DNA of 64,000 nt from positions 128,136-192,135 of the forward strand of contig WARV01000008.1 in NCBI GenBank assembly GCA_013387205.1, in the 5' to 3' direction. Shown one piece after another: positions 43,073-51,467 of the stretch (its first letter is position 1; every line of letters starts with the position of its first letter). This stretch comes from Patescibacteria group bacterium. Its GTDB lineage: Bacteria > Patescibacteriota > Doudnabacteria > UBA920. The notes beneath the pieces were generated by a model, which did no database searches, was not told the DNA's origin, and saw only the letters and a program-made list of their open reading frames with translations. Position numbers and translations under genes: made by a program.

Positions 43073-43996
43073 CTATATCTTTATTTCCGCATATCTCCAC
43101 TTGCCCGCGAAATCTTTGTGGAAATTTATTACTGCATTTGGCAGATTTTTTTTAATTAGATGATTTAATTCCTGCTTTTGTCTTGGATCGAATTCCAAAT
43201 AAACTAATTTTGGCTTGTTTTTTCTCTGCGCGATTTGCTCCAAAAGTTTTCTGATTAACACCAGCCCATTTTCTTTTGCAAAAATGGAATTTTTCGGCTC
43301 AAATTTTAAATTTGCTTTAAGTTTTTTATAATCACTAACTGGAACGTAGGGGAGATTGGCGATTATAATATCAAAATCTCCTTTAACATTTTTCAGTAAA
43401 TCGCTTTTTATGAATTGAATACCACTCACGCCAATTCTCCCATACGCTGGAGTATGGGAGTTTTTGGCTAAAATATTTTTAGCGTTCTCTTTTGCAACCT
43501 TCAAAGCTTTTTCTGATATATCTGATGCAACAATCCGCAATTCGTAATCCGCAATCCGAAATTCTTTCGCCAACGAAACCGCAATGCATCCGCTTCCTGT
43601 CCCAATGTCCAAAATTTTTACAATGTCATTGCGAGGAGCCAGGGCTTTATCTGGCGACGAAGCAATCTTTTCTTGGCTTGGTTTAGATTGCTTCGCTCGG
43701 ATGCACTCGCTCGCAATGACAAGGTCCACCACCATCTCCGTCTCCGGCCTGGGGATTAAAACATCCTTATTCACCTTAAACCTTAAGCCCCTAAAATCCT
43801 TGTATCCCAAAATATACGCAATCGGTTCGCCTTTAAGGCGGCGTTTAATGAATTTTGTTAAATTGTTATATTGTTTTTTTGTTAAATTGTAATCTGGATG
43901 CAAAAAAACAAACTCCTTGGGCTTTTTCAAAACATGCGCCAGCAGGAGTTCAATTTCTATTTTATGGTATTTTTTTAAAGCCACGCTGATTGTCAT
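43073..43996 (-). CDS. prmC: Release factor glutamine methyltransferase with in-frame repeat insertions
   Basis: GEPIAYILG, VLIPRPETE, LDIGTGSGCIA, ANLPY; downstream of prfA. Confidence 0.93.
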   Translation of the reverse strand: MTISVALKKYHKIEIELLLAHVLKKPKEFVFLHPDYNLTKKQYNNLTKFIKRRLKGEPIAYILGYKDFRGLRFKVNKDVLIPRPETEMVVDLVIASECIRAKQSKPSQEKIASSPDKALAPRNDIVKILDIGTGSGCIAVSLAKEFRIADYELRIVASDISEKALKVAKENAKNILAKNSHTPAYGRIGVSGIQFIKSDLLKNVKGDFDIIIANLPYVPVSDYKKLKANLKFEPKNSIFAKENGLVLIRKLLEQIAQRKNKPKLVYLEFDPRQKQELNHLIKKNLPNAVINFHKDFAGKWRYAEIKI

Positions 43997-44376
43997 TCTA
44001 AACTTGGGTTATGCGCTTGTTCACGTAAAAACTTTATTCTCGACTTTAGTTCTTTGCTGATATTTTTTCCCTTTATTTCATTTGCCAAATTAATTCCATA
44101 CAATTCCCAAAACCATCTGTAAAAGATTTCTAAATAAGGAGTAGTGTGGCCCCATCTTCCAACTTCAGATGTTTTTTCAAAATTTGCCTGGTTTTCTTTG
44201 AAATACTCCTGGACTATCTCTTTTAAGCGGGCGGATTCTATAACCGAAAGGTTTTCAATGTCAAAATCACTGGCAATCCGCTCTTTTAACGATTCTAAAA
44301 GATAAGGAAAGCTTTTGGCTTTTTCCTTGGCCTGTTCTATAAGCTGGTCAGTTGTTAGATACTCCGGATTTTCCAT
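43993..44376 (-). CDS. Hypothetical protein between prfA and prmC
   Basis: 127 aa ORF whose stop overlaps the prmC start (ATGA). Confidence 0.7.
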   Translation of the reverse strand: MENPEYLTTDQLIEQAKEKAKSFPYLLESLKERIASDFDIENLSVIESARLKEIVQEYFKENQANFEKTSEVGRWGHTTPYLEIFYRWFWELYGINLANEIKGKNISKELKSRIKFLREQAHNPSLE

Positions 44377-44383
44377 ATTTTTG

Positions 44384-45454
44384 TCATTGTTTGATCGCTT
44401 CTTTTTTGGCTTCAAGGTCGGCTTTTTGGAGGGCGGTGATGATGGGGGAGAGTTCGCCTTCCATGATTATGTTTATCTGGTTGAAATTCTGGTTTATGCG
44501 ATGGTCGGTAACGCGGTCCTGCGGGAAGTTGTAAGTGCGGATTTTTTCAGACCTGTCGCCCGTGCCGATTTGCGATTTGGTCAAATCGCGGATTTTTTTG
44601 TTCTCAATTTCTTCAAAATGGGCAGCCACGCGCGCACGGATGACTTCCATGGCTTTTTCCTTGTTCTGGGTAAAGCTGCGCTCGTCCTGGCACTGCGCGG
44701 TAATACCGGTAGGTATATGGACAATACGCACAGCGCTATATGTAGTATTTACGCTCTGCCCGCCATGCCCGGAAGACGTGGTGGCTTCTATTTTCAAGTC
44801 GTTCGGGTTTATTGAAAAATCTTTTTCTTCCAAAATCGGCAGCACAGCCACTGTGATTGTGGAAGTATGCACGCGTCCGCTTTTTTCAGTTTCTGGCACG
44901 CGCTGGACGCGATGCACGCCGGATTCATATTTGAATTTGCCGTAAGGCCCGCTGCCTGCCCCAGCTTTCCCCTTAACTTCACAAATTATTTCCTTAAACC
45001 CGCCGGCTTCCGAGCGGGAATTGGATACAACGTAAACTTTCCACTTGTTTTCTTCGGCAAACTTGGTATAAGCACGGTACATTTCCGCGGCAAACAAAGT
45101 TGATTCGTCCCCGCCGGCCCCGGCGCGGATTTCTAAAATGGCATCTTTGTCGTCATTAGGATCCTTAGGCAGCAAAGCATCCTCGATTTCTGATTTTAGA
45201 TTTATAATCTCAGACTCAAGGCGCTTAATCTCATCCAATGCCATGGATTTTATTTCCGGATCAGCGTCGTCTAAAAGCTTCTCGTTTTCCTGTAATTCCT
45301 TGATTTTAGATTCCAGATTCTTAATCCTATCCACGGTCGGCGCCAGTTCCGACTGCCTTTTGCCGAGCTTGGCCATATCAAAACCGTTGCCATTGCTCAT
45401 CTGCTCGGTAAGCTGGTTGTATTCGTCTAAGATTTTTTGAAATCCTTGTTCCAT
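44384..45454 (-). CDS. prfA: Peptide chain release factor 1
   Basis: YESGVHRVQRVPETE (PxT), GGQ motif, DRSEKIRTYNFPQDRVTDHR. Confidence 0.97.
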   Translation of the reverse strand: MEQGFQKILDEYNQLTEQMSNGNGFDMAKLGKRQSELAPTVDRIKNLESKIKELQENEKLLDDADPEIKSMALDEIKRLESEIINLKSEIEDALLPKDPNDDKDAILEIRAGAGGDESTLFAAEMYRAYTKFAEENKWKVYVVSNSRSEAGGFKEIICEVKGKAGAGSGPYGKFKYESGVHRVQRVPETEKSGRVHTSTITVAVLPILEEKDFSINPNDLKIEATTSSGHGGQSVNTTYSAVRIVHIPTGITAQCQDERSFTQNKEKAMEVIRARVAAHFEEIENKKIRDLTKSQIGTGDRSEKIRTYNFPQDRVTDHRINQNFNQINIIMEGELSPIITALQKADLEAKKEAIKQ

Positions 45455-45625
45455 ATTTTAATTGACAAAATTTAAAAAATTTAAATAATTGACATAATTA
45501 TTACTGCAGAATATTTTTGTTCATTTTTGTCATTTATGTCAATTTTGTCATTTCCCGTATTTTACCACACTCCCAACACAAAAGCATCCCCAAAAAGAGG
45601 ATGCTGATGTTTGATGATAAAACGT

Positions 45626-45886
45626 CTACTTAGTCGCTCTTGCTTTTCTCGGCTTCTTTGGAGTGGCTTTAGCCTTAAGCTGGGCAGCCAAAGCAGTGCG
45701 CTTCTTGAATTTATCAACGGTACCGGTGGTGTCAATTAACTTCTGCTTGCCGGTATAAAACGGATGGCACTGGCTGCAGATTTCAGTGTGCAATTCCTGC
45801 ATGCTGGAACCGGTAGTAAACTTGCTGCCGCAAGCGCAAGAAACCTTAGCGTCGTTATAATATTTTGGGTGGATATTGTTCTTCAT
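45626..45886 (-). CDS. rpmE: 50S ribosomal protein L31 (Zn-binding type)
   Basis: [21 protein letters not shown]. Confidence 0.97.
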   Translation of the reverse strand: MKNNIHPKYYNDAKVSCACGSKFTTGSSMQELHTEICSQCHPFYTGKQKLIDTTGTVDKFKKRTALAAQLKAKATPKKPRKARATK

Positions 45887-46032
45887 ATAATAGTAATCCT
45901 AATCTGCGAATGGCATCCGAATCAGCGAATGACTATGAATATAATATTCGGGTCATTCGGATATGATTCGGGTCATTCGGATCGGTTAAATTGGTTAACT
46001 TATCAGAATTATCTCATATATTATAATCTCTC

Positions 46033-46208
46033 TTGCCAAAATAGTCAAGGCCTGGTATAATTACAGCAATATTAATCTAACATGCTTTGGATGCTTTTCT
46101 GTCCCGGTTTTCCGCCCTGTTGTGGCGGATCGGGATTCCCAAGGCAGAAGTGGCCCGCCTTCGTTCCGATAAAATCGGAACTACGGTGTGGCGAAGAAAG
46201 GGTAAATA
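46033..46208 (+). promoter_or_regulatory. rpsB promoter and structured leader (candidate S2 autoregulatory leader)
   Basis: TTGCCA-17-TATAAT (46033-46061); ~140 nt GC-rich leader with hairpins (TCCGCC/GGCGGA, GTTCCGAT/ATCGGAAC) and GGTGTGG near the 3' end. Confidence 0.6.
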
Positions 46209-46937
46209 ATGAAAGAGATAACTCTCTTGGACCTGCTTAAAAGCGGCGCTCACTTTGGACACACCACCTCAAAATGGAACCCCAAAATGAAGCCGTATAT
46301 TTTTACGGTCCGCAACAACATCCATATTTTGGATTTGGAAAAGACTAAAAAGGCCTTGCTTAACGCCGCCAAGTTCGCCCAGGACATAACTTCCAAGGGC
46401 GGTACGGTTTTATTCATTGGCACCAAAAGGCAGTCAAAGGAAATAATCAAGAAAGCAGCCCAGTCCTGCAGCATGCCTTATGTTAATGTCCGCTGGCTGG
46501 GAGGAACTTTTACCAACCACAGGACTATCCAAAGGACCATCCATAAGCTGGAACGCCTGGAAAATTTAAAAGCTACCGGCGAACTGGAAAGCCATTACAC
46601 CAAAAAGGAAAGATTGCTCATTGAGCGTGAAATTGAAAAGATGAAAAAATTGTTCGAAGGCATACAGAACATGAAGCGCTTGCCTGAAGCGATTTTTGTC
46701 ACCGACGTCAAACATGACGACATTGCAGTAAAAGAAGCGCAAAAGAGCAGGGTCAAAGTCATCGGCTTGGCTGATACTAACAGCAACCCGGACGGATTAG
46801 ACTATGCCATTCCTTGCAACGACGACGCGACTAAAGCTATTGAACTTATGTGCACTGTAATTTCCGAAGCCATTAACGAAGGCAGAAAAACCCAGGCAGT
46901 CGTTAAAGAGAGCCTGGTCAAAGAAAATCAAAAATAA
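46209..46937 (+). CDS. rpsB: 30S ribosomal protein S2
   Basis: LLKSGAHFGH, WNPKMKPYI, RWLGGTFTN, PCNDDA. Confidence 0.98.
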   Translation: MKEITLLDLLKSGAHFGHTTSKWNPKMKPYIFTVRNNIHILDLEKTKKALLNAAKFAQDITSKGGTVLFIGTKRQSKEIIKKAAQSCSMPYVNVRWLGGTFTNHRTIQRTIHKLERLENLKATGELESHYTKKERLLIEREIEKMKKLFEGIQNMKRLPEAIFVTDVKHDDIAVKEAQKSRVKVIGLADTNSNPDGLDYAIPCNDDATKAIELMCTVISEAINEGRKTQAVVKESLVKENQK

Positions 46938-47034
46938 GTAACATAATCCGAATTATCCGAATTCTATACAAATGACCCGAAAAGGGAATTATTTGGAGCA
47001 TTCGGATACTAATTCGGGGCATTAGGATTATAAA

Positions 47035-47616
47035 ATGGACAATTCATTACTAAAAGAACTCCGCGAAATGACCGGTGCAGGCATGATGGAAATTAAGGAA
47101 GCCTTGGCCGAGACCAACAACGACAAAGAAAAAACCATTGAGCTCTTAAGGAAAAAGGGCGCGCTTAAGCTCGGCAAAAAAGCCGACCGCGTAGCAAAAG
47201 AGGGGATAATTGAAACCTACATACACCCGGGCGGACGCATGGGCGTTTTGCTTGAACTTAACTGCGAAACCGATTTCGTCGCCAGGACAGACGCGTTTAA
47301 ATCTTTGGCTAAGGAAGTCTGCTTGCATGTTGCAGCAGCCAACCCATTGTACGTTTCCGTAAATGACGTGCCTGCCGAAGTCATCGAAAAAGAAAAGGAA
47401 ATTTACAAGGAACAAATGAAAGGCAAGCCCGAAGACGTCATTGCCAAAATTATGGAAGGCAAACTTGCCAAATACTTCGAAGAAGTTTGCCTGCTTGAGC
47501 AGCCGTATGTAAAAAATCCGGATATTAAAATAAAGGATTTAATCGGCGAAGCTGTCGCGAAAATCGGGGAAAACGTGCAAATCCGCCGCTTTACCCGCTA
47601 TGTATTAGGAAGCTAA
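47035..47616 (+). CDS. tsf: Elongation factor Ts (short form)
   Basis: LKELREMTGAGMM, ELNCETDFVA, IRRFTRY. Confidence 0.97.
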   Translation: MDNSLLKELREMTGAGMMEIKEALAETNNDKEKTIELLRKKGALKLGKKADRVAKEGIIETYIHPGGRMGVLLELNCETDFVARTDAFKSLAKEVCLHVAAANPLYVSVNDVPAEVIEKEKEIYKEQMKGKPEDVIAKIMEGKLAKYFEEVCLLEQPYVKNPDIKIKDLIGEAVAKIGENVQIRRFTRYVLGS

Positions 47617-47698
47617 ACAAAAATAACATCTAACATTTGACATGTGACATTTAACTAACAGTCAAAGGTCAATTGTCAAAGGTCAAAGGTATCCAAAA

Positions 47699-48559
47699 TT
47701 GAGTTACCAGATGCTGCCAAATATAATTTTTATATTTGCACTTGCGGGAATTATTTTGATAATTCTCAGGCGTTTGCCTGAGGCAGTGCAGATACAAGAC
47801 CACGAAGGCCAGCAGGAGCCGGTAGATAAAAGACTGATGGGCAAAGGATTGCCCGCGCAGGCTTTTTCCAAAGCCAAAGTCTGGTCCAGGCTCTGGTCAA
47901 CAAAAATCTGGAATTTTATTTTGGAAGCCAAGGACTTAAAGCCAAACCCGGTAACCGGGTACAGGATTAAAAAGATATTCGGCCATATCCATAAAGCTTC
48001 GCCGGACGTACAAAAACCGGCTGATATTGCTCCGGCAACAGCTGTTGCCGCAGCCGTTCCAGCCCAGCCCAAAGATGAAAATTTTTATCTGGAACTCATA
48101 AAAAAAGAACCGAAAAATTTGGCGAACTACGACGCTTTGGGAAAATTCTACGTTGAAAAGGAAAATTTCGCCGACGCCAAAGACATTTACCTGTACTTAA
48201 CCAGCCACGAGCCGACTAAGGCTGACCATCACGGCAGGCTGGCATTCTGTTATTACAAGATGGGAATGTTCGACAAGGCAGCCGAACACTACAAGACTTC
48301 CATAGACATGGATTCCACCCAGCCCAACCGTTATTATAATTGGGCGCTGTGTTTGGAGGCCAAGGGGGATTTTATTGGCGCAATAAAAGCTTACCAGCAG
48401 GCAATTGCCTTAGAGCACAAAAACTGCAAATTCCATATTGGATTAAGCAATGCTTTTGCCAAAACGGGGGATAAAGAAAAAGCGAAACAGGCCTTATTGG
48501 AAGCGCAAAAAATTGACCCCTTTAATGAGATAGTAAAATCAAAGCTGAAACATTTTTAG
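47699..48559 (+). CDS. Membrane-anchored TPR protein
   Basis: N-terminal TM helix; about 4 TPR-like helical repeats (YDALG...A..Y, YYNWALCL). Confidence 0.82.
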   Translation: MSYQMLPNIIFIFALAGIILIILRRLPEAVQIQDHEGQQEPVDKRLMGKGLPAQAFSKAKVWSRLWSTKIWNFILEAKDLKPNPVTGYRIKKIFGHIHKASPDVQKPADIAPATAVAAAVPAQPKDENFYLELIKKEPKNLANYDALGKFYVEKENFADAKDIYLYLTSHEPTKADHHGRLAFCYYKMGMFDKAAEHYKTSIDMDSTQPNRYYNWALCLEAKGDFIGAIKAYQQAIALEHKNCKFHIGLSNAFAKTGDKEKAKQALLEAQKIDPFNEIVKSKLKHF

Positions 48560-48740
48560 ATGTTGATGTCATTGCGAGGAAACAAGGGCTTTGGCTTGTT
48601 TCCGAAGCAATCTATATATCACTGGCGTCATTCTGAGTGCATCCGAAGAATCTCGTTAAAGTTTAAAACCTCTAGCGCAAAATCGCTTATTGTGATAAAA
48701 TATCTAGGAAATTAGTTTAATAAAAAATCTCTTTCTTTGT

Positions 48741-48816
48741 GCCGTTGTAGCTCAGTTGGTAGAGCAACTCCATGGTAAGGAGTAGGTCATCGGTTCAATT
48801 CCGATCAACGGCTCCA
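48741..48816 (+). tRNA. tRNA-Thr(GGT)
   Basis: Cloverleaf; anticodon arm ACTCC-ATGGTAA-GGAGT; ends T-CCA. Confidence 0.96.
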
Positions 48817-48988
48817 CTTCTTCGCCAAGGCTACGAAGTGCAAGCATAATATTGCACATTCGTACATTGTCGGAGAAATGGTAAACAAACATGCGAAGAA
48901 GTGCCCTACGAAGCTTTATGCGAAGTAGGGCTGTTTTATTATCATTTTAATGGCTCAACCGTAGGTTGAGCCATTTATTTTTGCTTTA

Positions 48989-49101
48989 CCCCGTATATCA
49001 ACATTCGATTCAGTTTATTTACCAAGTATTGATAACAAATAAGCTTTGATTATTATTAACATATTGATTTTACTAATCATATCAAATGTTGTATTACGGG
49101 G
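48989..49101. mobile_element. MITE-like element E, second copy
   Basis: CCCCGTA...TACGGGG termini, internal inverted repeat CAACATTCGAT/ATCAAATGTTG; colinear with 9929-10042. Confidence 0.65.
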
Positions 49102-49200
49102 CTTATTTAAGGCTTTTTTCTAAATATTCGCATACTTATGCCAAATTCTTGACATAATTGCTGTTTTATGATAAAGTTTAAAGTTACATCAGGAGGATAA

Positions 49201-49599
49201 ATGTCAGAAGAAAAGAAAGTTTACTATTACGACGAAGATGGCTTTGCGGCCACCTTCACTCTTGAGGAAGGAACTGTTACCAGGTTCTTCCCGCAAGACA
49301 AACGTCGATATGGCTTCATCAGTATGGACAACGGCCAGGAAGTATTCTTCCACACCATCAAAGCTAAATCCATGGGACCGTTTGAAACCCATCAAGAAGG
49401 ATGGATTCCTCGGTTCTTGGATCTTTTTGGCGAAAAGCCGATTGACGACCCCAAACCCGGCGACAGGCTCGTGTTCCTGACCCGCCAAGAAACAAAGGGT
49501 TTAGCCGCATGGGCATGGTCAACCCTCGAGAGGTACGAAGAAGCGGTTCGCGCTTGTACAGAAATTAAATCACTATCAACCTTTGCGCCATCAGCCTAA
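49201..49599 (+). CDS. Cold-shock-domain (OB-fold) protein, divergent
   Basis: GTVTRFF...YGFI...EVFFH (RNP1/RNP2-like), GDRLVF, KGLAA; TTGACA promoter at 49149 and SD AGGAGG. Confidence 0.75.
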   Translation: MSEEKKVYYYDEDGFAATFTLEEGTVTRFFPQDKRRYGFISMDNGQEVFFHTIKAKSMGPFETHQEGWIPRFLDLFGEKPIDDPKPGDRLVFLTRQETKGLAAWAWSTLERYEEAVRACTEIKSLSTFAPSA

Positions 49600-49777
49600 C
49601 AAATCGTAATCTTTTTCCGGCAGGCAACCCCAATTGCCTGCCCCCCCCTTCTAAGTTCATGATTTCAAATCACGGATTTGGAAGGGGAAACCCGGCCATA
49701 TTAAGAATACACAGCTCGAACATCACCTTAGTACACCGATCAGTATCAATACTGGAGTGAGAAAGAAGGAGGACGAT

Positions 49778-50056
49778 ATGAGTTTTTTGAATTGGGTTTT
49801 GATTATTTTAGGGTTAGCTTTGATGAGGTGGGGGTATTTCCGCCATACCATCATGCAATGGCCGGTGGATTTCGCAATCTTATTTCTTGGGGCAATCTGC
49901 GTTATCGGAGGTTTCATCAAAACAAAGAAGTTATCACCTGAGGAACAAGAAAGCATCCGAGCCATGGACAGGGCAATGAATGGTTTGCCTAAAATTATAC
50001 CAGGCTATCCACCCGACAAACCAGCAGAAAAGGAGGAATTTCAGAAATGGCAGTAA
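49778..50056 (+). CDS. Hypothetical two-TM protein
   Basis: SD AAGGAGG; two hydrophobic segments. Confidence 0.65.
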   Translation: MSFLNWVLIILGLALMRWGYFRHTIMQWPVDFAILFLGAICVIGGFIKTKKLSPEEQESIRAMDRAMNGLPKIIPGYPPDKPAEKEEFQKWQ

Positions 50057-50391
50057 CATCAACCAGCCCTGTTTTGCGGGCTGATGATACCACAGAACAG
50101 AAACTACTGAGGGTTAACAGGACGCATTTGGAGGTTTTTGGGGAAGCGTGTACTCTTAAGGAAATTTTCGACCTGGATGACCGTTGGACAAGGCTCACCG
50201 GCACCCAAAGACGAAGAATCCTGCATGAGGTTACCAGGAACTATGCGGTGGCTATCAATCAGGAGCCAATACCGCTCTTGGAACAGCACATTCTCCAAAA
50301 AGGGGATTGGGGAAGGTTTCCACTCTCAATACCGCAAGCATGGGAACTTGTCCAGATTCTCCGCGAGGAAGACCAAAGCAAATATCTGTGA
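50047..50391 (+). CDS. Hypothetical protein
   Basis: SD AAGGAGG; overlaps upstream ORF; terminator at 50408-50449. Confidence 0.65.
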   Translation: MAVTSTSPVLRADDTTEQKLLRVNRTHLEVFGEACTLKEIFDLDDRWTRLTGTQRRRILHEVTRNYAVAINQEPIPLLEQHILQKGDWGRFPLSIPQAWELVQILREEDQSKYL

Positions 50392-50495
50392 TGCCACGCA
50401 AATCAAGGAGCGCGAATCGTATAAATACGATTCGCGCGCTTTTCTTTTTGAAAATGATAAATTAAATGGCTCAACCGTACGGTTGAGCCATTTAA

Positions 50496-50700
50496 TGGTG
50501 GGCAGGGAGGGATTTTCGTCCTCGCTCGATTGCAATCTCGCTCGTTGTCCTGGGTTGCGACTAGTCCTGCGTCACTCGGACTAGTCGAACGTTCGGCTTC
50601 ATTCAGCTTTGCAAAGCCGAATTTGCCTCACTTCAACCCGTTCGAATCCCTCTTTCCAATACAAAATAACCAACTACCATAAAGGCAATTGGTTATTTTG
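50496..50700 (-). other. Structured element downstream of tRNA-Tyr ending in a 19-nt copy of the tRNA 3' end
   Basis: 50496-50514 is identical to 50701-50719 (TGGTGGGCAGGGAGGGATT); inverted T-arm copy at 50641-50652. Confidence 0.8.
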
Positions 50701-50786
50701 TGGTGGGCAGGGAGGGATTCGAACCCCCGAAGGCATAAGCCAGCTGATTTACAGTCAGCCGCGTTTGACCACTTCGCTACCTACCC
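50701..50786 (-). tRNA. tRNA-Tyr(GTA)
   Basis: Cloverleaf with long variable arm; GCTGA-CTGTAAA-TCAGC; ends A-CCA. Confidence 0.96.
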
Positions 50787-50895
50787 AAAATTTATTTTTA
50801 ACTTTAATAGTATAGCAAATTTATCATTTTTTTCAAGACCCAACTAGTTTGACCTAAAAATAGCATTATGGTAACATCTTTGGGAAGGAGGATCT

Positions 50896-51363
50896 ATGAA
50901 AGGAGCAGTAGAAAGGAAAAGAGTTATCATCTACAGCGATGGAATCGCTTTTTGTCCTCATTGCAGCAGACGGCAGAATTTCGCTTTACAAATCGAAACG
51001 GAAACTTGTCTTTTCTGCAATAAGCCTGTAGAAATTTTAACTCCAGAGCAAGCAAGAGAAGCAGGTCGCCTCGCAGAAATCCAGGCCAGGATACCGACCG
51101 CGCAGGAAAAAGCAACCATTCCTGATGCCGTCTTGCGCGACGGCCGAATTTACTGCCCGTATCCGGAATGCGGCAGATTCCAATTTCCGACCCTTTCGGG
51201 AAAGGAGACATGTGCAAACAATAGATGCAACAGGATTTTCATTATTCCGGACACGCGGTCGTTTAAGAAAATCTTAGACAATAACGCAAAAAGGGCTTTG
51301 CGTGAAATCACAGACGTACGGGAATCTTTCCGGAGAACCAATGATTTTCTCATGTGGCGCTAG
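50896..51363 (+). CDS. Orphan protein with two Cys4 Zn-ribbon repeats
   Basis: FCPHC...ETCLFC and YCPYPEC...ETCANNRC; SD AAGGAGG; terminator at 51374-51409. Confidence 0.72.
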   Translation: MKGAVERKRVIIYSDGIAFCPHCSRRQNFALQIETETCLFCNKPVEILTPEQAREAGRLAEIQARIPTAQEKATIPDAVLRDGRIYCPYPECGRFQFPTLSGKETCANNRCNRIFIIPDTRSFKKILDNNAKRALREITDVRESFRRTNDFLMWR

Positions 51364-51467
51364 CCACGCAACAACACCGCCCTGGACAAAAATGCTCCAG
51401 GGCGGTGTTCTCATTTAAAATTCAAAATTTGAAACTCAAAATTCCAATTCCCAAAATGGGGAATTAA

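Noticed and set aside
48817-50700. Prophage or ICE at the tRNA cluster
   Set aside because: No integrase, structural or conjugation genes, and the only att-like duplication spans just 205 bp.
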